Virus record (IMG/VR): IMGVR_UViG_3300033997_000092
Coordinates: 197,033 to 261,032 of that record
Strand: one strand, 5' to 3'
Length of the DNA stretch: 64,000 nucleotides
Shown here: positions 10,077-18,827 of the stretch, one piece after another
Layout of the letters: each line of letters opens with the position of its first letter
How positions within the stretch are numbered: the first letter of the stretch is position 1
Notes under the pieces: generated by a model
Told to the model about the DNA's origin: nothing
What the model saw: only the letters and a program-made list of their open reading frames with translations
Database searches by the model: none
Made by a program: the position numbers and the translations under genes

Positions 10077-10829
10077 TCACAGTATGCAAACTATTTCCAT
10101 ACCTTCCTGCTTCAAAGAATCTAACAGCGATTCGTAGTCGGCATGAAGTTTAGGATCCGATTCCAGACTAACACTATCTATGTAGGACTTGATGCACAGT
10201 TTGTGCCCCTGGATGTAACGGCTTTCTCTGTAAACAGACAGGCGCATTACAGGCATTGAAATTGATCTGTCTCTGTGGATAGCTAAGTCCAACAAATCAA
10301 TCGTAAGAAACGGGTCGCACGATTTCTTGGAGCCAAATATAAGGCAGTCCATTTCGTGCATTACAATACGCAAGTGGTTCATGTATTGTATTAGAAAATT
10401 ATTGAGATCTGTTACGGCAGCAGTAGTGTTATTATCAAGTAGTTTGTTAATCCGAAACACAAGGTGGTCTTTGTATTTATCGGATACTACCATGAGAATC
10501 AACGCCAACTTGACATCTATGTCAGGATACTTCATCCTAGTTACGTGAACAGATTTACTCATACCATCCAAGAATTTCTCGGATAGAGTTTTTATGATGT
10601 ATGTGTCTACTGTGGCTACTTTGCTGTTACGCAGTGCCATATAGACTTCATTGGACCAATCAAGTATTTGCTCAAGCACCGTGCATATTATTGCTTTGGT
10701 GCTATCGTCGAACTTGTAGGTAGATGTGTTGGTCAAGCTATCCAAGATAGTAAACCTAGCATTGTGAAAAGCAATACCATTAAGACTTATCATAGCTTGG
10801 AAATCGAGGTCATCAGTCAGGAATTTCAT
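10077..10829 (-). CDS. Hypothetical protein
   Basis: 250-aa ORF overlapping the upstream gene in the operon. Confidence 0.5.
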   Translation of the reverse strand: MKFLTDDLDFQAMISLNGIAFHNARFTILDSLTNTSTYKFDDSTKAIICTVLEQILDWSNEVYMALRNSKVATVDTYIIKTLSEKFLDGMSKSVHVTRMKYPDIDVKLALILMVVSDKYKDHLVFRINKLLDNNTTAAVTDLNNFLIQYMNHLRIVMHEMDCLIFGSKKSCDPFLTIDLLDLAIHRDRSISMPVMRLSVYRESRYIQGHKLCIKSYIDSVSLESDPKLHADYESLLDSLKQEGMEIVCIL

Positions 10830-11389
10830 TTGAGATCCTTCACCTCTCCAACGCCCATAAGTTCACCGGCGGCTCTAGCATTAGGACCAGAGCCTATCAG
10901 TAAACCTGTGATGCTAGATAACTTACTAACGATACCATTTACTTGTTGTCCTAAGACACGCAGTTCGGCATCAATTGTCATCAACTTAGCCTGAGCAGGA
11001 TCGGACATACTCGACCTTTGTAGATCTTTGAGCATATCTGTAACGCTGTCGATTTCATCGATCAGTTTTCGTGCATCCAAGTCAGCGGTCCGTATATACT
11101 CTACCAAGATATTGTACGTCATCTGGCAGGTTTTTAGGACCTCAGCTATTTGATATTCTGTTTTGCTATTTTCAACGTGGAGTTGAATCGTTTTACTAGC
11201 CTTATCCAAAGCTTCTCTGTATTCAGAGAGCTTAGTGCTCCATTCTTGTTTTTCTGCTTCCAGTTCTTCCAGCTGGCGCAATTTTGGTATAACGTACATT
11301 ATGAAAAAGAACGCTCCAGATATAAGAGCAAGCAGTAATGTAGTAGTACCTACCGGCACCGTAGCCAGAAATTCAAATACTATATCCAT
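10826..11389 (-). CDS. Membrane-anchored coiled-coil protein (possible lysis-related)
   Basis: N-terminal hydrophobic helix followed by a heptad-rich region. Confidence 0.45.
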   Translation of the reverse strand: MDIVFEFLATVPVGTTTLLLALISGAFFFIMYVIPKLRQLEELEAEKQEWSTKLSEYREALDKASKTIQLHVENSKTEYQIAEVLKTCQMTYNILVEYIRTADLDARKLIDEIDSVTDMLKDLQRSSMSDPAQAKLMTIDAELRVLGQQVNGIVSKLSSITGLLIGSGPNARAAGELMGVGEVKDLK

Positions 11390-11406
11390 AGCAGTAGTCC
11401 ACCGCC

Positions 11407-11709
11407 TTATTTAAACGTAGAGGTTCCGCATTGCTTGTCGCTAGTTTCAATAACTATCCTTTTAGCTCCTACGACATTATTGTCCTCAGTGACTATGACA
11501 GTAGCTATCGAACTGCTTAGCTCCAAGCACTGGTGTCCTGGAGCCCTGTCAACACAGATTGCACTTAGACATCCTACGTATTCGGATTTGATTGCATGAT
11601 CTCTATCGTTCTTCGACTGCTGCTGATATTGCACGCCAGCGATAACTATACCAATCAACACAACAATCAACACCAAAAACGAAGACATCCTGTATTTATC
11701 GATTTTCAT
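11407..11709 (-). CDS. Small single-pass membrane protein with 4 Cys
   Basis: Basic N-terminus, TM segment FLVLIVVLIGIVIAGV, then a Cys-containing domain. Confidence 0.5.
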   Translation of the reverse strand: MKIDKYRMSSFLVLIVVLIGIVIAGVQYQQQSKNDRDHAIKSEYVGCLSAICVDRAPGHQCLELSSSIATVIVTEDNNVVGAKRIVIETSDKQCGTSTFK

Positions 11710-12617
11710 TTTACTATCTCGTCAATATGTTCGACAGCTTGCACTGGACGGAATCCTAATGTCTCCATCCTGTGTATATTAGCATACAGCCTTGTTTTAA
11801 GCTGAGCTGTCTTCGCTGTTCCGTCTAAGAATGCACCAATACCCGCATAGTCCAGTTGAAGTATTATTGCCTCATTGGAATCACCAAACCTATAGCCTCC
11901 GACATCTAAGTGGGTGCGGTTATATCGCACCAATGTCTTCTTAATGTCGACCACAAGCTTATGGTTTGTATGTTCATCATCTGCAAGTTCATACATACAA
12001 TTGATGATTACGCCTTTATTATGTCTGTTTAGTACGCGAAGTTTAGACTCCAATTCCTGCACAGAACGGACAGATATTGTTTGAATTTGCTTTTCAGGTA
12101 TACCAGCTTTTAAAATCGCATCCTTGTAGATTTCAGACGCACGTTTACCTTTTAATGACCCATCATCCATGATAAAGAACTTACTTGGGTCGAAATTTAA
12201 TGCTTTAGTGAAGGAAATTAAACGACTAACGGGATTGTCTTCGTGAAAGTCACTTCCTGTTACTGAGAACGAAAACTCCATGACTTTTTTCTTAGGAAAG
12301 GCCGCACGGACCTCTTTTGATAGACCAGAACCATGTACTACAATAATCTCAGGGTCGATCCTTTTGATGTCATCAATAACGCTGTCTATTAGGAATCGTT
12401 TATGTCCAACAGACTTTCCAAAATCCATTTTCAAATAAAAAGAGTATACCCTGTATTTCGTACTACGGTGAGATATATAACTCGCCGCTGCATTTCCATA
12501 ATAAGCAGATATTGGATTCTGGTTTAGAAAATATATAACAGGTTTGCTTTTGTCTTGGTATTCCATACCGAACACAGGAAATACCAAGACAAGTAGCAAT
12601 AGAAAGCGCTTTATCAT
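11706..12617 (-). CDS. Secreted periplasmic-binding-protein-like protein
   Basis: Signal peptide MIKRFLLLLVLVFPVFG; alpha/beta pattern reminiscent of ABC substrate-binding/sensor domains. Confidence 0.4.
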   Translation of the reverse strand: MIKRFLLLLVLVFPVFGMEYQDKSKPVIYFLNQNPISAYYGNAAASYISHRSTKYRVYSFYLKMDFGKSVGHKRFLIDSVIDDIKRIDPEIIVVHGSGLSKEVRAAFPKKKVMEFSFSVTGSDFHEDNPVSRLISFTKALNFDPSKFFIMDDGSLKGKRASEIYKDAILKAGIPEKQIQTISVRSVQELESKLRVLNRHNKGVIINCMYELADDEHTNHKLVVDIKKTLVRYNRTHLDVGGYRFGDSNEAIILQLDYAGIGAFLDGTAKTAQLKTRLYANIHRMETLGFRPVQAVEHIDEIVK

Positions 12618-13531
12618 GCTACCGCAGGTGTTGTTGTTATTACAACACGTCCTACAATAGGAATTTGCGTCCTGACAATAATGAAATTTTTATCAGGAAG
12701 TTCGATTGATTCAGGTATGATTTGTGCATAAACTTCAGGAGCATCAGGAAATTCAGGGTCTTCCCCTTCACTTGATGCCAATAACCATACTTGAGCAATT
12801 ATGTTGTATGAGTCCAGCTCGTGGTGAATAATAACCTCAGAACTAGGTTCATTGATTACATGGACATAGAATCTAGCACCCGCAACGCCTCCACCGACAT
12901 CACCGCCTGTACCTGTCTCTATATTCTGCAATCTACGTTTCAATTCAATGATGTCTTCTTCAGCCTGTGTGAGTCTGACATTCATTTCCATCATTATGTT
13001 GAAGTAGTTGTTCGACTGTTGGCTTAGTATTGTCCTGAATACACCGTATGGAAATACTTCAGCATTTGCATATTGTTGTCCTGGCCCCACCGTTCTAGGA
13101 TATAGAGGTCCTGTCAGCGTCTGACCGCCACTCAATCGTACCAAGTTAGGATGTGCATCAGTATCCCGTGTGTGCTTCTCTAAACTTGTCGGATCAGCCA
13201 ATCGTAAACGATCTGCCTCATCATAATACTGGTTTTCTGTTGCGGTCGCATAGTCAAACAACTCGGTCCATGTGTGTTGTCTGTTGCCACTTACGTTCTT
13301 GGAGACACGCTTCAGCAACTTAAAATAATCAGCATCATTTTCACCTGACACTAACCAACACACATTTAATGGTAAAGAGTTGTTTATGGGTTCGTCACTT
13401 CCGACATAGATATAAATGATTTGACCTACATCGTTACCAAACTCTAACAGAATAGACTGCTCTTGCGTTAATCCATAACCTACTGCACGTACATAACAGT
13501 CATTGATTAACGTCTGTAGTTGCTGGTCCAT
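12614..13531 (-). CDS. Tail fibre-associated protein
   Basis: H...AHP fibre motif, short coiled coil, C-terminal IHHELD module. Confidence 0.55.
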   Translation of the reverse strand: MDQQLQTLINDCYVRAVGYGLTQEQSILLEFGNDVGQIIYIYVGSDEPINNSLPLNVCWLVSGENDADYFKLLKRVSKNVSGNRQHTWTELFDYATATENQYYDEADRLRLADPTSLEKHTRDTDAHPNLVRLSGGQTLTGPLYPRTVGPGQQYANAEVFPYGVFRTILSQQSNNYFNIMMEMNVRLTQAEEDIIELKRRLQNIETGTGGDVGGGVAGARFYVHVINEPSSEVIIHHELDSYNIIAQVWLLASSEGEDPEFPDAPEVYAQIIPESIELPDKNFIIVRTQIPIVGRVVITTTPAVA

Positions 13532-13539
13532 AAGCTCCC

Positions 13540-14025
13540 CTACGTGTAAAGATTGGTGCTGATTTGTTCGCGGCGTATCCTGAGTGCTTCAGTGATTTTT
13601 ATAAGCTGCTTGTGATCATGCTCGGCGAACTGCCATTGTCCTTCTACAACACACCACATCTTTGGTTTAACTTCAGGATTATGCAATGTTTCATGCAATG
13701 CTAATCCTAAGTTTAATTGAAAAGAAAGATCTGGAGTGTATATCCTGTTATCTATCTCCAGAGGAGCAAGTATGTCGTTTCGTGCGCTGCTCTGTCCTTG
13801 AGCTTTTGCTGCCAAAGCTATATCAGCTTGGTCTGCTTTGATTCTGATAAAAGTACCGTTCTCAATACGATAGTTATTCGGGTTATCACGCCATCTTTGC
13901 ACTTCAATAGCTGTAGCAAGGATATAGTGTTCCGATTTGATTTGTTGCGGATTCGAGTAAGACCCTGTTATGTTACTGCCGGAAACCACTTCAGGGTTAT
14001 ATGTTAGAAAAAGTTGACCTGCCAT
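13540..14025 (-). CDS. Tail fibre assembly-like protein (DUF4376-like)
   Basis: ARNDILAPLEIDNRIY..D..FQLNL...W pattern; follows a fibre gene. Confidence 0.5.
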   Translation of the reverse strand: MAGQLFLTYNPEVVSGSNITGSYSNPQQIKSEHYILATAIEVQRWRDNPNNYRIENGTFIRIKADQADIALAAKAQGQSSARNDILAPLEIDNRIYTPDLSFQLNLGLALHETLHNPEVKPKMWCVVEGQWQFAEHDHKQLIKITEALRIRREQISTNLYT

Positions 14026-14029
14026 AAAA

Positions 14030-14821
14030 TTAATCTCCCATCACTTGCCAGAAGAAATCCCATTTATCTGGAAGTGGGTTTGGGTGGGTTCCGGGTTTGA
14101 GTGTTATTGTTATACCGCCAATCTCAGTATCATCATAGATGAATTCACCAAAGAAGTATTTACTTGCTTGATAGCATTCTGGATCTAAGAATGTAAGCTG
14201 AATACTTGCGATACCGTTTACAAAGTTTAGTGGAAACAATAACGACACTGTATCACTGATAGGCAATGTCTCAGAAGTGAAACGTCCACTTTGAATCATA
14301 CCTCCAGCTCTACGAAGCCGCATTGCTACACCGCGAGTACCTTTTACCCATTCAGGTTCATCGCCATCATTACCCGGAGCGCCTGTTGCTCCTGTAGGGC
14401 CGGTAGGGCCAATGGGGCCCAATAAACCCTGAGGACCAATAGGACCTGTAGGCCCAGTGGGACCTATAGTCCCTCTGTCGCCTTTAATACCAGGACATCC
14501 TTGAATGCCAGGACGACCGTCACGACCGTTTCGTCCTGCTGCTCCAGTAAGACCTCTAGGTCCTCTGGCTCCTGTCTTTCCTTCTGGAGCTGTTCTTTCT
14601 GTTAACAGTCCTGAAGCCGTGTAGATATTGTTGTTCATATCTACAATAGTTATTGTTCCTGAGTTGCTATCAATGCTGAAGCTCTTTATTAGAGGATCGC
14701 CCACTGATTCAGGAGCTACTACTGCCATCTGGCCTGGAGCCGCAACTTGCATCAAATCGCCTGTACCTGCTGTACCGGGATCGATCATAGCTGGGCTGAT
14801 TTTAGTCAATTTGTTAGACAT
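14030..14821 (-). CDS. Collagen-like fibre protein with C-terminal receptor-binding-type domain
   Basis: About 25 uninterrupted G-X-Y triplets; GGMIQSG...LFPLNF...FFWQVMG tail-fibre C-terminus. Confidence 0.8.
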   Translation of the reverse strand: MSNKLTKISPAMIDPGTAGTGDLMQVAAPGQMAVVAPESVGDPLIKSFSIDSNSGTITIVDMNNNIYTASGLLTERTAPEGKTGARGPRGLTGAAGRNGRDGRPGIQGCPGIKGDRGTIGPTGPTGPIGPQGLLGPIGPTGPTGATGAPGNDGDEPEWVKGTRGVAMRLRRAGGMIQSGRFTSETLPISDTVSLLFPLNFVNGIASIQLTFLDPECYQASKYFFGEFIYDDTEIGGITITLKPGTHPNPLPDKWDFFWQVMGD

Positions 14822-14835
14822 ATCGTTGCATCCAC

Positions 14836-15075
14836 TTAAGGAGATTCGCTTGGTTCAAATGGCTCAAGCCATAGAGGAAATTCTGGATCGTCTGGAGCAT
14901 GTACTGCTTCATCATGCTCTGGATTCCGAATTCGTGTATTTTCTGGCACCATGCGGTACCACCCAGTGTTTTCGATATTACGAACGAGCCAACCAGCGTC
15001 CGCGAAATTATTTACACGGAACTGGTTGGCTTCTTTGCGAATATCTCTGGGTCTCAGGATTATTCGTTTTGCCAT
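14836..15075 (-). CDS. Small virion protein related to the N-terminus of 18828..22199
   Basis: WLVRNIENTGW...PENTRIR resembles LRIRSRDNRSW...PKAIRMR. Confidence 0.45.
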   Translation of the reverse strand: MAKRIILRPRDIRKEANQFRVNNFADAGWLVRNIENTGWYRMVPENTRIRNPEHDEAVHAPDDPEFPLWLEPFEPSESP

Positions 15076-15086
15076 AATAAATTAAA

Positions 15087-18000
15087 TTATAGAGAAGTTA
15101 TGTTATTGTTGTTAATCAAGAACCTGGAAGTTGTTTCTGGATTCTCAATTATAACAGGCGAGCCTGCGTCTTGCGCGATAGTCAGACCTGAATTCTGCCA
15201 TGCTGACACACTCTGGTTATACCGATATGTAATGTTTGCTTGAGCATCGTAAACTTTTGTTAAGTCCACAGCTCCAGAAAACATTGTATCTAAGAATGTT
15301 GCACCTGCTTGGCTTCTGACCATATACCCGTAATTGCTTTGATTGCGGAACGGCGCATATTTTGAATCAGAATTCAAATCAAGCGTTATAGTCGAGTTCG
15401 GATCATATGATGGGACTGCTCCTGTGTACCAATCAGTACAACGCGCTGTTAACGTATTTCCTGAGCGGACAACTTCAATTTTGCGTCGGGCATCAGACCA
15501 TCCTCGTATACCACTTCCTACAAGTATACCAGGAATAGAAGCTACTACGACACCATTCTCAATAAAGAATAGTCCCCAATTCATGTCAGGCGCAGGCGTC
15601 ATACCGTTACCTATGCCACCACCTGTACAACAGAAAGATATTGTACGTACTATGTTGTCTGACCCTAAATCGAAGCCCACTAATGCTCCTATTAAGTCGT
15701 CATCGGTATCAGCAGATGTTACAACCACTTCATACTTGTAGTCGCTATATTTATCAGGAGATACGAAGCCTGTGTAGGACGATAAGTTGTCTGGCATAAC
15801 TATTCTGTCTGGGTTAGATTGTAGTTGCCAGTTTGCTGCGGATCCTTGTGCTGTGCTGGCATTTGCATAGAAGTTGTTTGCGTCAGTTCTCCCCCAACTG
15901 TTGAAAATCTCTTGTTGGGTTGGAGGAGAGTACGCATTCATACGGGCCTGTGCTTCTACAGACGTTCCATAAATATAACCAGAAATTTGTGGAATCGGTG
16001 TAGGGCAATTCATCGTGTACGTCCATGCCGTTCCATCTGGACCTGTCACACGTATCATACACGTTGTTGCGTGTGGAGGGCCAGGATAAAAGAAACTTAA
16101 TGTTCCGTTACCTGAGACCAAACCACCTGTAGTAGCAACAAGTTGACCTTCATAGAAGATTTCCATCATGTCAGGTACACTGTACATAGTGTAGTTTACG
16201 TCAAGACGTCCTGCATCAGGACCTAAATAATGTATCGTTTCTGTTGTTCCTGCACCACCTGCAGGTGTTTCAACACCGCAAGGAGTAGCATCGTCGTCGC
16301 GTATTGTGATAGTTCCTATAGGTTTAACAAGGATACCACGAGTGTTGTTGGATAAGATGATTTCAAAAGTTTCATCATTCTCTATATCGCTATCACCTAC
16401 TATCGTAATAGGAATAGTCTTTTCACTTTCGCCTGATTGGAAGCAGATTTGCCCACTAGCACCGACATAATCTGGTTCTTGATCAACTGCGTCGATATAT
16501 GCTTCTGATTGACCTGAGTTGATTTGGCCAGTCATTCCTGTCCACAATGGATGAGGTCCGTTCTGGGCAATAGCGTTTTCCACAGTCAAATTCATTGTAT
16601 CGCGATCTATTGAGCCTTTGAACTTAATCCCGTAGAAATCAAACAGAACTTCGTTGGCGCCCTTGTAGAAGCCTATGCCGCTAGGGTCACCATCTACGCC
16701 GTGGTCAGCGATTACACCGAATCCTTGACCTGCAAGATGTGAAGCCTTCATCGCTGCTATCAGCGCTGGAGAGTTTACTTGTCCTCCAGTGTATGCACTA
16801 CTGATATACAAAACACAATCAAATCCGTCAAAGAACGCTTGTGTTTCTGGACACTCATTGCCGTACATGACTGTTAACGTGCGTCCTGTACCTGCAGCAG
16901 CCGAAGTAAAGTAGTTTGTGAAGCCTGTGTACGTTACACTGTCTTTAACATCGTAAGCTTGTCCAGCTACTCCTGCATCACCCATGAGTAATACTGCGCC
17001 ACCTGTCTTGCTTCCACTTAACCAGTTCATTACGTTTTGTAAGAACAGCAGAGTGTTTCCGTACTTCTGGACTGTAGCGCGATCATTCCAATATCCGTTG
17101 TAGAATTTAGGAAATGCACCGTCTAAGTACATCTTACGGTCACCAGCTATGTTCTCAATAACCATAACATGGGGGAGCTGTTGGTCGTCTTTAGCTAATG
17201 AGCGAACACTCAAGTCGCTCTTTGCAGTTCCATCTTGTGTACGCCAATCGACACACAGTGGAGTTGATCCCTGATAAGGCTCGCTAAGGAAAACACGTAC
17301 ATCTATTTCGCGGGAAACATCCAATTCAACGATGCTCATGTCTTCTATGCGAATCTCAGGATCGTTACCCTCAAGAACGCACGGTAATTCAAATGTGATT
17401 GTTCCAGAATCAGTATCACTTACACCAAGAACAGCATATTGCTTATCCGCAACAGTGGCTGTTATTGTTATAGGATATTGTGCGCGGTTATCTTCAAGTG
17501 CCAGTTGTTTCGTGAAACGAATCTTTGCTATACGTCCTTCTTCTTGGACTTCTAGCAGTTCTACCATTCCGTTACCTATGTCTCCGTGCCATAGATATTC
17601 GTATTTTCTCTGTTGCCAGTCAGGAGGATTAACAAATCTGACTTCAACAAGTGCTTCTTGTGACCAGACATCATCAACAAAATAACATCTGTCTTCACAT
17701 GGAACAGGCGGAGGCGGTGTTGGATCGGGTGGAGGAGGAGCAACAGGCACTACTGGAGTACGCTCATACACTTCGTACAAGTGAGGACTATGTTCACCCC
17801 AACTATGCACTTGACGATAGCCTCTACGTTCCCATGTCTCCGGACAAAATCCAAATGGAGCACTAGAGCCACTTTCAGTAGCTAAAATGTTCCAGCGCCA
17901 CCGAGCTAATATCGACGGGTCTGTTACTATCAAAGGGTCAGTGTATATAGATGCACATGATATTTCGTCTGTGCCTCTCGGATCACTGTACACACTTGAG

Positions 18001-18791
18001 TATTCTTTATCGTTTTCCCAAGGAAATGCTGTGGCTTCATTTGACTTACCGCCAATCATCTTACCTTTAGGCAACTGTGTGAATATTCGCTTCCATCCGT
18101 TGTACTTGTCATCAGGCTGAGTTACTGTGCGTATTGGTCTACGTGCTAAATAACGTAAGTTTGCATTGGTGTCGATTATTTTCATGCGACGACCCGCCAA
18201 GCTGCTTGGATTACCGGGAGCTCTAAAGAAGCTGCACCAACCGCCAAACACCTGCGCGTGATATATTTCACCTGAACTGTTGATTAGTCCATTATCGATT
18301 CTGTTACACGATGCAGGACAGAACGCATAACCTTGCGCTACAAAACGTGGATTACCGCCGTACGGACCTACGTTGAATACTCCATGAGCATGTACAAGAT
18401 ACTCATAATCATCTTCCCATTGAATAGGAAAATCAGTCACGGCGCCTAACCAAAAATGTTCCCAGTTGTCGTTATCACCTGCAGGAGAAGCAGTACCGAA
18501 GTTGATAGGACGTTCCAGGATACGTATGATATTTACGTTACCTCCGCGCCTGTCAATACTGCGGATGCCTTTAGTTACTTGATCGAATATCATCCAACCG
18601 TCAATAGTTCTGATAGCAAATCCGCGATCTCCTGGATTTATAGCTGCTGCCAGTGTTATACAGCGGCTGTGATCCATTTCGATATTTCTGTGTCCCGCTA
18701 TAGAGAACACAATGTATTCATGATCGAATTTCCAATCATACGGAACCCATGTAGCTCCGTTCAAATTGTCATAGACTACATTCCAAGTCAT
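15087..18791 (-). CDS. Large multidomain virion adhesin (Pro linker, split Calx-beta, lectin-like C-terminus)
   Basis: Calx-beta motifs TQDGTA / DYVGASGQICFQSGESEKTIPITIVGD..DETFEIILSN..ITIRDDD; DTDDDLIG resembles the thrombospondin C-terminal L-lectin motif. Confidence 0.75.
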   Translation of the reverse strand: MTWNVVYDNLNGATWVPYDWKFDHEYIVFSIAGHRNIEMDHSRCITLAAAINPGDRGFAIRTIDGWMIFDQVTKGIRSIDRRGGNVNIIRILERPINFGTASPAGDNDNWEHFWLGAVTDFPIQWEDDYEYLVHAHGVFNVGPYGGNPRFVAQGYAFCPASCNRIDNGLINSSGEIYHAQVFGGWCSFFRAPGNPSSLAGRRMKIIDTNANLRYLARRPIRTVTQPDDKYNGWKRIFTQLPKGKMIGGKSNEATAFPWENDKEYSSVYSDPRGTDEISCASIYTDPLIVTDPSILARWRWNILATESGSSAPFGFCPETWERRGYRQVHSWGEHSPHLYEVYERTPVVPVAPPPPDPTPPPPVPCEDRCYFVDDVWSQEALVEVRFVNPPDWQQRKYEYLWHGDIGNGMVELLEVQEEGRIAKIRFTKQLALEDNRAQYPITITATVADKQYAVLGVSDTDSGTITFELPCVLEGNDPEIRIEDMSIVELDVSREIDVRVFLSEPYQGSTPLCVDWRTQDGTAKSDLSVRSLAKDDQQLPHVMVIENIAGDRKMYLDGAFPKFYNGYWNDRATVQKYGNTLLFLQNVMNWLSGSKTGGAVLLMGDAGVAGQAYDVKDSVTYTGFTNYFTSAAAGTGRTLTVMYGNECPETQAFFDGFDCVLYISSAYTGGQVNSPALIAAMKASHLAGQGFGVIADHGVDGDPSGIGFYKGANEVLFDFYGIKFKGSIDRDTMNLTVENAIAQNGPHPLWTGMTGQINSGQSEAYIDAVDQEPDYVGASGQICFQSGESEKTIPITIVGDSDIENDETFEIILSNNTRGILVKPIGTITIRDDDATPCGVETPAGGAGTTETIHYLGPDAGRLDVNYTMYSVPDMMEIFYEGQLVATTGGLVSGNGTLSFFYPGPPHATTCMIRVTGPDGTAWTYTMNCPTPIPQISGYIYGTSVEAQARMNAYSPPTQQEIFNSWGRTDANNFYANASTAQGSAANWQLQSNPDRIVMPDNLSSYTGFVSPDKYSDYKYEVVVTSADTDDDLIGALVGFDLGSDNIVRTISFCCTGGGIGNGMTPAPDMNWGLFFIENGVVVASIPGILVGSGIRGWSDARRKIEVVRSGNTLTARCTDWYTGAVPSYDPNSTITLDLNSDSKYAPFRNQSNYGYMVRSQAGATFLDTMFSGAVDLTKVYDAQANITYRYNQSVSAWQNSGLTIAQDAGSPVIIENPETTSRFLINNNNITSL

Positions 18792-18827
18792 ACATATTCC
18801 TTTTGGGAGACCAAGTCTCCCATAAGA

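Noticed and set aside
18806-18822. Hairpin GGGAGAC-CAA-GTCTCCC as a terminator
   Set aside because: No U-tract follows on the coding (minus) strand; it abuts the next RBS and its function is unclear
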